Below are positions 28,411-39,148 of a stretch of 64,000 nucleotides of DNA, piece after piece. The notes under the pieces are model-generated. The model was given only the letters and a program-made list of their open reading frames with translations. It was not told the DNA's origin and did not search any database. Position numbers and translations under genes: made by a program. This stretch comes from Geopsychrobacteraceae bacterium. GTDB lineage: Bacteria; Desulfobacterota; Desulfuromonadia; Desulfuromonadales; Geopsychrobacteraceae. The first letter of the stretch is position 1. Each line of letters starts with the position of its first letter. Location: NCBI GenBank assembly GCA_963662315.1, contig OY759353.1, positions 1,216,001 through 1,280,000 on the forward strand, read 5' to 3'.

Positions 28411-29706
28411 TTATCTTAGTGCCCGCTCAATATGTCTCAATGTGCGCTGTGTTGCCCCAGTATTTTCCGCAATCAGCGCACGACCAGCTTCTCCCATCGC
28501 TTTGCGGCGCACAGAATCGGAAAGCAGTTTAACAATCTGCTCTTCAAGTTCAGCAGCTGTCGAAACCATCAAACCACCACCGGCCCTGATAAGTTTTTTG
28601 GAAATTTCTTTAAAATTATGAATATGCGGTCCAAACAAGACCGGTTTGCTCATCAGCGAAGCTTCCAGCATATTATGTCCACCGACGGGAACAAAACTAC
28701 CCCCCACAAAAACCAGTTCAGCAATGCTGTAAAGAGATAATACTTCACCAAGAGTATCAACGACCAACACTTCAGTCGGAGAAAGGACGGACGTTTCAGC
28801 TGTCAATTCACTACGCAGTCGATAGGAGAATTCAGAATTCTTAAAAATACCAGGAATATCTTTTTTGCGCTCAGGATGGCGTGGGATTAAAACCAGAGAT
28901 ACATTAACACCATATTGACGACGAACGGCACTAAACGAGTCGAGAAGCAGCTGCTCTTCTCCGTCATGAGTACTGCCGGCAACGATAACCAGAGAATTTT
29001 TTGGTAAATGATACAAAGTCTTTGTCTGCTCTGCACGTTGCTCAGTAATGTCAATTACCGCATGATCAAATTTTAGGTTACCTGTATTTTCAACAAGTTG
29101 CCCTGGAGCACCTAGTGAAATAATCCTCTCCATATCAACCTGAGACTGCATGCAAAAAGAGGCAAAACTATCAAGAATCGGTTTCAGAAAAAAGCGGACT
29201 AAAAGATAGCGGGGATAAGAACGATCTGAAATGCGACCGTTGACCAACAGGATCGGAATATTGAGTTTTCGAGCTTGACGCGTAAAATTAGGCCAAATTT
29301 CGGTCTCAACAATAGCAATCAATTGCGGGGAGATCGCCTTCAACGCCCTTCTCGTCACCCAAGACAGATCAAAAGGAAAAAAGATACACAGATCAATATC
29401 CTTCAAATCCTGAGCAATAGCATGTCCAGTTTCCGTCACATTGCTCAAAACGATAACATGATCGGGATAGGAGCAACGTAATTGATGGACTAATGGAATA
29501 GCCGCCCGGGTTTCGCCAACAGAAACGGCATGAACCCAGATCACCTCCCTACCTCGCAATTTAGATAATTGTTCGGCAGTGAAATATCCTAACCGTTCAC
29601 GAATTCCACGACGACTCTTACCGTAACGCAAACCGCGTAGAAGGTAATAAGGCACCAGAAACAACGCAGAAAAGAGCAGGATGCCGTTATAAAGCAGATA
29701 GACCAT
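28411..29706 (-). CDS. waaA: Kdo transferase
   Basis: WVHAVSVGE, ETEIWPN, GNLKFD, AGSTH.GE, PRHPER, GGHNMLE; start ATG 29706. Confidence 0.97.
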   Translation of the reverse strand: MVYLLYNGILLFSALFLVPYYLLRGLRYGKSRRGIRERLGYFTAEQLSKLRGREVIWVHAVSVGETRAAIPLVHQLRCSYPDHVIVLSNVTETGHAIAQDLKDIDLCIFFPFDLSWVTRRALKAISPQLIAIVETEIWPNFTRQARKLNIPILLVNGRISDRSYPRYLLVRFFLKPILDSFASFCMQSQVDMERIISLGAPGQLVENTGNLKFDHAVIDITEQRAEQTKTLYHLPKNSLVIVAGSTHDGEEQLLLDSFSAVRRQYGVNVSLVLIPRHPERKKDIPGIFKNSEFSYRLRSELTAETSVLSPTEVLVVDTLGEVLSLYSIAELVFVGGSFVPVGGHNMLEASLMSKPVLFGPHIHNFKEISKKLIRAGGGLMVSTAAELEEQIVKLLSDSVRRKAMGEAGRALIAENTGATQRTLRHIERALR

Positions 29707-30373
29707 AAGACTCCAGTCTGGTCTTAGCCCGACTTTCATTGTTATGCATTGCAAAAATCAGGCGTTCTCGAAAGTCGTCGGCACCAGCTTCATCATCATA
29801 ATAAACCGGGGCTCCGTAGGAGAAAACACCGCGGGAGAACGGGTAAGGACAGACAAAGCGGTCCCATGATGCGAAGCGATGCCCGCGACTGCAGACGAAA
29901 GCCACTGGAACAACTCCACGACCACTCATTTTAGCCAACTGAATCACTCCATCCTTAAGTTCTCTACGCGGGCCTCGTGGCCCATCCGGAGTAATCGCAA
30001 TATCAACATTCTCCCTGCTAAGAGCAATCATCTCACGTAGCGCGGCCTTCCCTCCACGTGACGATGAACCCCGGACCGCACTATAACCAAAGCGCCCCAT
30101 AGCCCGGGCTAAAAGTTCACCATCCTTGGAACGGCTGATAAGAAGCTTGACTCCTGGCCCGAAGTAGCCTTTTGGCATCATCAATATCTGTTCATGCCAA
30201 CAGATTAACAGAAAGTTCCCCCCCTGGTCCCAGCCTTCCCTCACAGCCCTGTCTACGATAAAGTCAACGCGTAAAGATGCGTAAAGAAGACGGATAAGCG
30301 TCGCTGCAATCCGTGGCACCACTGCCAACACCACACGGGACAGATAATCTTTTTTAATCACGGAACTGGACAT
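29687..30373 (-). CDS. DUF374 lysophospholipid acyltransferase family (LpxJ-like lipid A acyltransferase candidate)
   Basis: WH, SRSKDGE, RGSSSRGG, ITPDGPRGP, SWDRF..P.PF; located between msbA and waaA. Confidence 0.85.
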   Translation of the reverse strand: MSSSVIKKDYLSRVVLAVVPRIAATLIRLLYASLRVDFIVDRAVREGWDQGGNFLLICWHEQILMMPKGYFGPGVKLLISRSKDGELLARAMGRFGYSAVRGSSSRGGKAALREMIALSRENVDIAITPDGPRGPRRELKDGVIQLAKMSGRGVVPVAFVCSRGHRFASWDRFVCPYPFSRGVFSYGAPVYYDDEAGADDFRERLIFAMHNNESRAKTRLESYGLSAL

Positions 30374-32093
30374 CGTATAGCCGCTTATAAGAACCATTTT
30401 TAGTCAACAGCTGTTTATGGGATCCTGACTCAACAATCCTGCCATGATCGAGCACTATGATGCGGTCAGCATGCATAATTGTAGACAGACGATGCGCAAT
30501 AACAAAAGTCGTACGATTTTTCATTAGATTCATCAGTGCATTCTGTACCATAGACTCGCTCTCGGTATCGAGCGCACTTGTTGCCTCATCCAGTAACAGT
30601 ATTGGCGCATCCCTCAGAATAGCTCGGGCAATACAGATGCGCTGCCTTTGGCCACCTGACAGGCGTACCCCTCTATCGCCGATAATCGTCTGATACTGCT
30701 CAGGCATAAGCTCAATAAATTCATCGGCAAAAGCCAGCCTGGCAGCCTCTCTCACCTGGTCATCAGTAACTTCCGTACAGCCGTAACAGATATTTGCATA
30801 AATAGTGTCATGAAACAAAAAAGTTTCCTGATCAACGAGAGCCAGATTGGCATGCAGACTTTCCAGACTAATTTCGGAAATATCGTGCCCATCTATTTTA
30901 ATACTGCCGCTCTGAGGTTCGAAAAAACGATTCAGCAGCCCGACAAAAGTACTTTTCCCAGCTCCACTGGCCCCTACGAGAGCAACCACCTCTCCGGGAT
31001 TGGCTCTTAACGTTATATTCTGCAGTACCGGTTCATTATCATAGGCGAAACTGACATCGGAAAATTCGACAGTCCCACGCACACGTGGCAAATCAACAGC
31101 ATTTACAAGATTATGGATTTCAACCTCAGTGTCGAGTAATTCAAATATGCGTTCAGCTGCGCCCATCGCCTTCTGCATACCGTTGTTGACCTTTACCAGC
31201 TTTTTAAGCGGACCATACATCATGACAGCTGCAACCATAATGGAAAACAGCTCCCCTTGAGTAATCTCACCGGCAACGACCCTTGAGAAACCATACCAGA
31301 GCGCGCCAGCAACCCCAAAGGACGTCAATATTTCCATCAATGGGGAAGTCGCTGCAGCGTAGCGGAAAGATTTTTTAAAATACAGATACAAAGACCAGTT
31401 TTCTTCTTTAAAATTATGAATTTCGATCTTTTCTGTGCCAAAAGCCTTAATAACCTTTATCCCGCTGATACTCTGCTGCAATCGGGATGACAGCGTCCCC
31501 ATGGCTTTCTGGCTATGTTTTGAATATTTCTTGATTTTCCGACCGATTGAAGCGGCTGGACCAACAGCTGCTGGCACAACGATAAAGGTGACGAGAGCCA
31601 TTTTCCAATCAGTGATAAACGCGTAAATGATTAAACCAAACATGGTCAACCCCTCACGAATTAAATCAATGATATTATTGGAAATAGCCGTTTGAACAAC
31701 ATTGATATCACTGAGGATGCGTGACATCAGGGTACCGGTTTGCTGTTTGGAATAATAGCGCATTGAGAGCTGCATCAAATGCTCAAAAGATTTATTCCGA
31801 ATATCTTGAACTGCTAATTGCCCGGCATTTTTTATGTAGTATTCCTGAGCATAACGTGCCAAGCCCTTAATGATATACAGCAGAATGACGCCAATCGGCA
31901 GGAGCTGCATAAGCAGCTGATCCCCTTCCTTGATTAATTTATCAACGAAAGGCTTGGTCAGGTATGCGATAACAACGTCACTGCCGGATACGATTAAAGA
32001 AGCAAGTGCTGAAACTAAAAGCATCCATTTAAATGGGAAAATATAGCGAATCAGACGGTGATATATTTGACTATTTTTAGCGTTTAGAAACAT
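30354..32093 (-). CDS. msbA: Lipid A flippase ABC transporter
   Basis: TMD plus NBD (GASGAGKST, LSGGQRQR, LLLDEATSALD); lpxB-waaA context. Confidence 0.93.
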   Translation of the reverse strand: MFLNAKNSQIYHRLIRYIFPFKWMLLVSALASLIVSGSDVVIAYLTKPFVDKLIKEGDQLLMQLLPIGVILLYIIKGLARYAQEYYIKNAGQLAVQDIRNKSFEHLMQLSMRYYSKQQTGTLMSRILSDINVVQTAISNNIIDLIREGLTMFGLIIYAFITDWKMALVTFIVVPAAVGPAASIGRKIKKYSKHSQKAMGTLSSRLQQSISGIKVIKAFGTEKIEIHNFKEENWSLYLYFKKSFRYAAATSPLMEILTSFGVAGALWYGFSRVVAGEITQGELFSIMVAAVMMYGPLKKLVKVNNGMQKAMGAAERIFELLDTEVEIHNLVNAVDLPRVRGTVEFSDVSFAYDNEPVLQNITLRANPGEVVALVGASGAGKSTFVGLLNRFFEPQSGSIKIDGHDISEISLESLHANLALVDQETFLFHDTIYANICYGCTEVTDDQVREAARLAFADEFIELMPEQYQTIIGDRGVRLSGGQRQRICIARAILRDAPILLLDEATSALDTESESMVQNALMNLMKNRTTFVIAHRLSTIMHADRIIVLDHGRIVESGSHKQLLTKNGSYKRLYDVQFRD

Positions 32094-32114
32094 AGAGGCC
32101 TTTAAAACCTGGCG

Positions 32115-33278
32115 TTAGTATTTAATCAGATCATGAATCATGTCAGCTACCTTTTCGGAGCAACCTGGTTGCCCGAGGAGCAGTTTTACATCATACAGAT
32201 TATTTTTCATTTTCTCTGCATAATCTTTATCATCCAGCAAACGATCAATTTCCTTTTTTAAAGCAGATGGGTTAGCCTCATTCTGAATAAATTCTCTAAC
32301 GATCCCTTTTCCGGCAACAATATTGGTTAATCCTGCGTAGGGTATTTTGATCAGTTGTTTACCGATCGCATAACTTAATGGAGCAACTTTATAAAGAATA
32401 ACCATTGGAGTGCCAACCAGAGCAACTTGTAAAGTTACGGTCCCGGAAACACAGAGCACGACGTTACATGCAGCTGCGATATCGTAAATAGTCGCGTCAG
32501 GCAAGTGTACAGGCAAACCAGATAACTGAATTTTCCGGACGAAAAAATCTCTATCTAAAGAAGGCGCAACAGGAAGAATAAACTGTACCTCAGGCCTTTC
32601 TTGATGAATCAGCCTGGCAGTATCCAAAAGGGTATTGAAGATATACTTAACTTCTGAGTTACGACTACCAGGAAAGATCCCAATTAATTCAGTAAGGTCC
32701 GATATCCCAAGATTGCTGCGCACATCTGTTCTTTTATCAGCACAGCTAAAGTACTCATCCAGTAGAGGATTGCCAACATATGTCGCATTACTTCCAAAAG
32801 GACGAAAAATTTCGGGTTCAAACGGAAAAATCACAGCGAGCCTATCTGTGTTTTCGGCAATGGTCTTGGCCCGTTTTTTCCGCCAGGCCCAAACCTTAGG
32901 GGTAATATAATACAGGACCGAAACCCCGGCAGCTTTCGCCACTTTGGCCAAGCGCAGGTTAAAATCGGGGAAGTCGATCAGCACAAGAGCATCAGGAGCG
33001 TTCTCTCCCCGCAACTCCGTTTTAATTTGTTTAAATCGCCGAATAATCTTGTGAAGCTGTCCAAATACCTCAAACAAACCCATAACTGCGAGTTCATCTG
33101 AAGAAAATAACAGATTGCACCCTGCCTGTGCCATTTTTTGGCCGCCAACGCCGTAAAATGACACATCAGGATACTTGGCGCGCGCAGCTCTAATCAAATT
33201 GCTGCCATGCAGATCACCTGAGGCCTCGCCGGCAACAATCATAATTCGTTTGGACTGTGTGGAGCTTTTATTATTCAT
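32115..33278 (-). CDS. lpxB: Lipid-A-disaccharide synthase
   Basis: AGEASGDLHG, IDFPDFN, P.VWAWR, FPFE, PGSR.SE, SGTVTL. Confidence 0.97.
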   Translation of the reverse strand: MNNKSSTQSKRIMIVAGEASGDLHGSNLIRAARAKYPDVSFYGVGGQKMAQAGCNLLFSSDELAVMGLFEVFGQLHKIIRRFKQIKTELRGENAPDALVLIDFPDFNLRLAKVAKAAGVSVLYYITPKVWAWRKKRAKTIAENTDRLAVIFPFEPEIFRPFGSNATYVGNPLLDEYFSCADKRTDVRSNLGISDLTELIGIFPGSRNSEVKYIFNTLLDTARLIHQERPEVQFILPVAPSLDRDFFVRKIQLSGLPVHLPDATIYDIAAACNVVLCVSGTVTLQVALVGTPMVILYKVAPLSYAIGKQLIKIPYAGLTNIVAGKGIVREFIQNEANPSALKKEIDRLLDDKDYAEKMKNNLYDVKLLLGQPGCSEKVADMIHDLIKY

Positions 33279-33293
33279 ATTTCATACAGTTCT

Positions 33294-33338
33294 AAAAAAA
33301 CAAAAGGCGAGAGCCAAGGACTCTCGCATATTTTGTTT
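33294..33338 (-). terminator. Probable intrinsic terminator between lpxA and lpxB
   Basis: Minus-strand gcgagag-tccttgg-ctctcgc followed by cttttgttttttt. Confidence 0.55.
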
Positions 33339-33360
33339 CAACACATGTACCCGTTCTTTC

Positions 33361-34134
33361 TTAGCGCGCCAGACCACGTGAGCTTTGCTTTAGAAATCTC
33401 AAATAAGTAGCAACTTCCGGCGCCGCCGCATCGTACTGAGCTTCGATCTGACTGATTGCCTCTTCCAGCTTAAGGTTTGAACGGAACACAAGCTTGTACA
33501 TATTTTTGATATTCGACAAAGCTTCAGCGGAAAAGCCCCTGCGCTTCAATCCTGTAAGATTGATGCCAACCGTTTTGGCCCGATCACCTTGAACAATGGA
33601 ATAAGGAGCAATGTCCTGGGCAATCATTGAACCGCCACTGATCATGACATGGCAGCCAATCCGGGTGAACTGATGAGCTCCACTCAAACCACCCATAATT
33701 GCAAAATCATCAATTTCACAATGGCCAGCCAAGGTAGCTCCGTTGGCAAGAATAACATGATTCCCAACCCTGCAATCATGAGCGACATGGGAGTATGCCA
33801 TGAACAGACCATCATCTCCGATAATCGTTTCGCCACCTCCATCTTCCGTTCCTAAGTGAATGGTCACAAACTCACGAATCCGGTTACGATCACCGATCTT
33901 CAACGTTGTTTCTTCACCATGAAATTTCAGATCCTGAGGAATGGCCCCGACAGAAGCGAACTGGAAAATCTGATTATCACAACCGATCTCCGTACGCCCT
34001 TCAATGACAGCATGAGGACCAACCGTGGTCCCCGCACCGATTTTGACATGCTCACCAATGACAGCATAAGCCCCGACCTGAACACTAGCATCAATTTCTG
34101 CCCCCGGGGAAATGATTGCTGTTGGATGAATCAT
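33361..34134 (-). CDS. lpxA: UDP-N-acetylglucosamine O-acyltransferase
   Basis: IHPTAII hexapeptide repeats, PQDLKF, IREFVTIH, HVAHDC, HQF, GLKRRGF. Confidence 0.97.
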   Translation of the reverse strand: MIHPTAIISPGAEIDASVQVGAYAVIGEHVKIGAGTTVGPHAVIEGRTEIGCDNQIFQFASVGAIPQDLKFHGEETTLKIGDRNRIREFVTIHLGTEDGGGETIIGDDGLFMAYSHVAHDCRVGNHVILANGATLAGHCEIDDFAIMGGLSGAHQFTRIGCHVMISGGSMIAQDIAPYSIVQGDRAKTVGINLTGLKRRGFSAEALSNIKNMYKLVFRSNLKLEEAISQIEAQYDAAAPEVATYLRFLKQSSRGLAR

Positions 34135-34149
34135 AATAGCTCCATTCTT

Positions 34150-34587
34150 TTATTTATCCGCAAAGGTAGCCTTAAGGGAAGCCTCTGCAACAAGGCTCTC
34201 GCCGACGTAAGCCTTACCAAGAAACTGGTAAATTCCTCTACGCTTGGAAACAAGCTCCATTTCCATCCGTAGAACATCACCTGGCAATACGGGTTTACGG
34301 AATTTTGCATTATCAATGCCAACAAAGTAAGTAACCTTATTATCAGGAATCCCGTCAGCAACTGAGACATAGGCGCCTCCCACCTGAGCCATGGCTTCGA
34401 TTATCAGCACACCAGGCATAATGGGGTGTCCGGGGAAATGTCCCTGAAAAAATGGCTCATTGATAGTGACATTTTTATAGCCGTTAGCTTTTTTACCCTC
34501 TTCAACTTCTTCGATCCGATCAACCAGCAGAAAAGGATAACGGTGTGGCAGAATCTCCATTATTTGTTGAATATTTAAAACAATCAT
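34150..34587 (-). CDS. fabZ: 3-hydroxyacyl-ACP dehydratase
   Basis: LPHRYPFLLVD, GHFP..PIMPGVLIIEAMAQ. Confidence 0.98.
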   Translation of the reverse strand: MIVLNIQQIMEILPHRYPFLLVDRIEEVEEGKKANGYKNVTINEPFFQGHFPGHPIMPGVLIIEAMAQVGGAYVSVADGIPDNKVTYFVGIDNAKFRKPVLPGDVLRMEMELVSKRRGIYQFLGKAYVGESLVAEASLKATFADK

Positions 34588-35619
34588 TTAACTCTCCTTT
34601 AAAAAACCTTCAAGTTGCTCAAGACGTTTTTTTAACTGAGCCATTTCCTTCCGCATTTCAGGCAGCTTAGGCAGAGTCATTGTCGCCCGCAACCATTCTT
34701 TATGAGGCATAAGCGGAACGCCTGACAGAACCTGGTCTGATTCGACATTTCCACTAACACCGGAGCGAGCTCCAAGCATCACATTGTCACCCACCTTAAG
34801 ATGACCGGCAATAGCAGTCTGTCCACCAAAAGTGCAATGGTTACCAACCCTGGAACTGCCGGCAATACCAACCTGAGCAACAATAACGCAGTCTTCACCA
34901 ATCTCGACATTATGACCGATCTGAATCAGATTATCGAGTTTGGTTCCACGCCGGATGCGGGTTTCCCCTAAAGCAGCACGGTCAATGCAGCTACAGGACC
35001 CGATTTCAACATCATCTTCCAACACAACAATTCCGACCTGCGGAATCTTATAGTAAGATGATCCGTCCGGGGCAAAACCGAACCCGTCAGACCCAATTAC
35101 TGCCGAAGGCTGCAAAATGACACGATGTCCGAGTTTACACCCTTCACGAACAATGGCCTGAGCATGAAGGATACAATCATTCCCGATTTGAACATCATCA
35201 TAAACAACAACACCTGCATAAAGGGTCGTTCCAGCGCCGATAGTCACATTCTCGCCAACGACACTTCCGGGATAGATGGATACCCCGGCCCCGATTTTAG
35301 CGGATTCTGCAACAACAGCACCAGGCATAATCCCTTTCGCGGGACGCTCAGGGACCTGAAGGTATGAAAGAATTCGGGCAAAAGCCAGATAAGGATTGAC
35401 GCAACGAATAACGTTGCGCCCAACCGCCTCAATACCGGGCGGCAGAATAACCGCAGAGGCCTGACTGTCTTTCAGCCGAGCAAGGTATTTCGGGTTTGCA
35501 ACAAAGGTAATATCTCCGACCCCTGCGTAGTCTATCGGCAACACCCGATTGACCTCGACGCTGGAATCGCCTTCCAGCTCACCACCGACGAGAGCCGCCA
35601 ATTCCTGTAGTTTAGCCAT
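34588..35619 (-). CDS. lpxD: UDP-3-O-acylglucosamine N-acyltransferase
   Basis: NPYLAFA, hexapeptide repeats, [22 protein letters not shown]. Confidence 0.97.
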   Translation of the reverse strand: MAKLQELAALVGGELEGDSSVEVNRVLPIDYAGVGDITFVANPKYLARLKDSQASAVILPPGIEAVGRNVIRCVNPYLAFARILSYLQVPERPAKGIMPGAVVAESAKIGAGVSIYPGSVVGENVTIGAGTTLYAGVVVYDDVQIGNDCILHAQAIVREGCKLGHRVILQPSAVIGSDGFGFAPDGSSYYKIPQVGIVVLEDDVEIGSCSCIDRAALGETRIRRGTKLDNLIQIGHNVEIGEDCVIVAQVGIAGSSRVGNHCTFGGQTAIAGHLKVGDNVMLGARSGVSGNVESDQVLSGVPLMPHKEWLRATMTLPKLPEMRKEMAQLKKRLEQLEGFLKES

Positions 35620-35630
35620 AAAGTTATCCG

Positions 35631-36137
35631 TTACTTTTTGGCGTCGTATAGCTTAACGAGCTGATCAGTCAGGTCTATTGATTCATCAGCAAAAATAACC
35701 GCACCTTCATTCTTTTCAAGAATCATGGTGTACTGGCCATCCTTGCCAATAGTTTTAAGAGTTTCAAATAGTTCATTCAGAATACGTTTGGTATGATCAG
35801 CATCTTTCTGTTGCAATTCCTCTTTGACGTCTTTTTGAAAACGCTGCAGCTCTTTGACTTCCTGTTGGTATTCCCGTTCTTTATCTTTGCGTGCATCTGC
35901 AGACAATAACGAGGCCTGCTTTTCAAGATTATTTTTTAATTTCAGAAGATTTTCCTGCTTGCCCTTAAATTCACCTTCATACTTCTTAACCAGAGAGCTG
36001 ATAGTATTTTTCGCGTCTTTTCCAGCCTTACAGGTATTAAGAGCCTTCTGAAGGTCGACATAACCAACTTTTAATTCAGCAAAAGCCGGCGCGGCCATTA
36101 ACATAATAGCAAGTGCAATCAAAACAATTCTTTTCAT
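35631..36137 (-). CDS. skp: Periplasmic chaperone Skp/OmpH
   Basis: Signal peptide, KVGYVD, coiled coil, DLTD; between bamA and lpxD. Confidence 0.93.
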   Translation of the reverse strand: MKRIVLIALAIMLMAAPAFAELKVGYVDLQKALNTCKAGKDAKNTISSLVKKYEGEFKGKQENLLKLKNNLEKQASLLSADARKDKEREYQQEVKELQRFQKDVKEELQQKDADHTKRILNELFETLKTIGKDGQYTMILEKNEGAVIFADESIDLTDQLVKLYDAKK

Positions 36138-36160
36138 TATAAACTCCTGTAGAAATTTGG

Positions 36161-38392
36161 TTAAAATGCTCTACCAATTGAAAATTCAAAAACGGATGAT
36201 TTTTCGCCAGGGTAACGATCGAGATTGTAGCCCCATTCAAAGCGTAATGGTCCAAGAGGACTCAACCAACGAATTCCGGCACCGACACTATGCCGCATTT
36301 CATCGAAATAATCCTGTGACTCGTACCAGGCATTCCCAGTGTCATAAAACAGCACCCCTTTAAGACCGAGCTCCTTATCGATAGGGAAAATATATTCCAG
36401 GTTGAAATAGGCCATTTTCTCACCGCCGATATAATCGTCATCGACAACAGGCCCAACTTCACGGGACTTGAAACCTCTTAAGGTTCTGATCCCACCAAGG
36501 AAGAACTTTTCACTCAAAGGAACAGGCTCATCCGAGGTTCGACCAATGTATCCAACAGCTCCATGAACAGAGAAAACGGTTCCCCAGAACATGGGGAAAA
36601 AGTGCCTGTGCTCTGCCATAGGCTTAATAAAATGTTGAGTCCCCCCAAGCCCGGCAAATTCTATACTGAGCGTGGTGATACCACCACTGGTCGGATCCTG
36701 ATAATTGTCAGTGGTTTTACGCACCCATTCGGCAGTAATTGATGAGAGAGTAGACTCGCCTTCAGCATCTTTAATAATGATTGAAGCATCATCATCGACA
36801 TTGAGGATTTCCTGCACCTCATACCGATAGGTCAGAAACAGTTTGGAATTTTCGGTAACCGGATGCCCTCCTCTTAGAGCCCCGCCGGTACGATAATCAT
36901 CATAACTGCTGTATTCCCGCTCCGATTTGTAAAGCTCAATTCCTGCAGTCCAGTCCGTGTCCAAAAAGTGTGGATCGGAAAATCCGAGACTGTAAGTCAG
37001 GCTCGAAGCACTCACTGCACCGCTCAGGTTCATTTTCACCCCATAGCCAAAAAGATTATCCTGAGATATCGATCCCTGGGCAATGACCTTATCGACGGAG
37101 GAGTAACCCATCCCGATAGAAAAAGTACCTGTCGGTTTCTCGGCCACACTAACGTCAAGGACAGCCTTGTCTGCATCAGACCCAGGCTTGTCAATTAGGT
37201 TAACTTCATCAAAAAAACCAAGATTTCGGATATTACGATTGGCCGCTTTGATCTTACTGGCGCTGTATAGTTCACCCTCCTTGATTGGTATTTCCCGACG
37301 AATAACCTTGTCACGCGTTGTACTGTTTCCGCGTACCACAATTTTTTCAATATAAATTTGCCGCCCCTGGTCGATATCCAGATTCAGATCGATGACGCGG
37401 GTTTCCTGATTTTTATGCGGCAGTGGAGAAACGTTCGCATAGGCGTATCCATTATCCGCATACAGATCAGTTAAAGCCAGAATACTGTTCCGCAGTTCCA
37501 AACGACTGAAAACGTCACCCGGCTTCAGTTTAAGCAGAGCTAGAAGATCCGCCTTGTCACGCATCAGATCGCCCGAGATATCGATAGTCCCGACATGGTA
37601 AAGCGGTCCTTCATCAATTTCAATGAGGACATCCAGATACTCATCATTGACCAAGGATACCTGAGCAGGAGACACCTTGACATCCTGATAGCCAACATCC
37701 TGATAAGCGGCTTTGATCCGCTCAAGATCGATATCCATGATATCTTCCTGGTAAGCACCGCGACCGGTTAACCAGGACAACCACCAACGTTCGCGCGTTT
37801 CTATTTTGTCGAGCAGTTCATCTTTATCAAAAACAGTATTACCAACGAATTTCAGGTCTTTGATCAATACCTTTTCACCTTCATTAATGGAAAATTCCAG
37901 AGTGGCCTCGTTATTAATGTCGGTTTTAAGATCTGTAGTGATTTTTACAGCGTGATAGCCTTCTTCAATATAGTTTTTCTTAAGTTCTTCAATGCTTTTA
38001 TCTATTTTATCCTGATTAAAGAGGGAAGGCGTACGTAATTTCAGTAACGGCCGCAACTTTTCTTCTTTTAATTCGTCATTACCGGAGAAAACGATGCGTC
38101 TGACCAGTGGCAACTCAGTGACAACAAAAGTGACAATTTTAGCACCCTGAACTTCGGTTAATTCCGCAGACACATCACTAAAACTGCCCATCTGAAAAAT
38201 CCGGTGAATGGCGGTATCAATCTCAGACATCGACACATCAGAACCGGCACTAAGCTGTACAGCTGCCATAATAGCCGAGGTCGCTATACGGTCGTTACCT
38301 TCGATCTGAATATCTGAAACCTTGGAAGTCTGTGCAAAAACGCTGGTTGCAAAAAAGATCAGAACAAAAGCACATAACAATTGTTTCAACAT
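36161..38392 (-). CDS. bamA: Outer membrane protein assembly factor
   Basis: POTRA repeats (GN..TRDKVIRRE, LGFF), LRGF motif, W.SPLGPL, C-terminal Phe. Confidence 0.97.
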   Translation of the reverse strand: MLKQLLCAFVLIFFATSVFAQTSKVSDIQIEGNDRIATSAIMAAVQLSAGSDVSMSEIDTAIHRIFQMGSFSDVSAELTEVQGAKIVTFVVTELPLVRRIVFSGNDELKEEKLRPLLKLRTPSLFNQDKIDKSIEELKKNYIEEGYHAVKITTDLKTDINNEATLEFSINEGEKVLIKDLKFVGNTVFDKDELLDKIETRERWWLSWLTGRGAYQEDIMDIDLERIKAAYQDVGYQDVKVSPAQVSLVNDEYLDVLIEIDEGPLYHVGTIDISGDLMRDKADLLALLKLKPGDVFSRLELRNSILALTDLYADNGYAYANVSPLPHKNQETRVIDLNLDIDQGRQIYIEKIVVRGNSTTRDKVIRREIPIKEGELYSASKIKAANRNIRNLGFFDEVNLIDKPGSDADKAVLDVSVAEKPTGTFSIGMGYSSVDKVIAQGSISQDNLFGYGVKMNLSGAVSASSLTYSLGFSDPHFLDTDWTAGIELYKSEREYSSYDDYRTGGALRGGHPVTENSKLFLTYRYEVQEILNVDDDASIIIKDAEGESTLSSITAEWVRKTTDNYQDPTSGGITTLSIEFAGLGGTQHFIKPMAEHRHFFPMFWGTVFSVHGAVGYIGRTSDEPVPLSEKFFLGGIRTLRGFKSREVGPVVDDDYIGGEKMAYFNLEYIFPIDKELGLKGVLFYDTGNAWYESQDYFDEMRHSVGAGIRWLSPLGPLRFEWGYNLDRYPGEKSSVFEFSIGRAF

Positions 38393-38455
38393 GAAAGGCC
38401 CTCGACAATAATTTGAAAATAGAATCGGAGATTATAGGAGAACATCACCGTAACA

Positions 38456-39148
38456 TCAATTTAAAATATCTCCGACCAGCCTACCATCTTCAATTAATAA
38501 CACGCGGTCCAGACTCCTGGCCAAAGCCTGATTGTGAGTCACAATAACCATAGTCAGCCCGCGCTTCTCATGAATCAGGTTGAGCAAAGCCATAATTTCG
38601 TCGGAGGTCCGGCTATCGAGATTGCCCGTCGGTTCATCTGCCAGTAACAGTTTTGGCTCAAGCACCAGAGCTCTGGCGATGGCGACGCGTTGCTGCTCCC
38701 CCCCCGATAATGCCCCAGGTTTATGATTGAGACGCTCCTGAAGACCAACCTCAGCCAGCACTTTACTGGCCAAAGATGCAGCATCCTTATGTTTTTTTCC
38801 ACTGATCAGGAGCGGCATCATGACATTTTCCAGGGCACTGAATTCAGGTAACAGCTGATGAAATTGGAATACAAAGCCAATCGCCTGATTACGGAATTTA
38901 TCAAGGGTAACCCCGCGCAATGCATATATATCCTGTCCTTCGAACAGAACCTCTCCTCCGGAAGGATGATCCAGCCCGCCGAGCAGATGCATCAAGGTGG
39001 TTTTACCAGCGCCGGAGGTGCCCACAATCGCCACCCGCTCACCCTGGGCAATTTCAAGGTCAACCTCACGCAAGACCTGAATAACACGTTCAGCCGTGTC
39101 ATAGGATTTATCCAGTTTCCGCGTCTGGATAAGCACTGACTTACTCAT
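38456..39148 (-). CDS. lolD: Lipoprotein-releasing ABC ATPase
   Basis: [43 protein letters not shown]. Confidence 0.92.
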   Translation of the reverse strand: MSKSVLIQTRKLDKSYDTAERVIQVLREVDLEIAQGERVAIVGTSGAGKTTLMHLLGGLDHPSGGEVLFEGQDIYALRGVTLDKFRNQAIGFVFQFHQLLPEFSALENVMMPLLISGKKHKDAASLASKVLAEVGLQERLNHKPGALSGGEQQRVAIARALVLEPKLLLADEPTGNLDSRTSDEIMALLNLIHEKRGLTMVIVTHNQALARSLDRVLLIEDGRLVGDILN

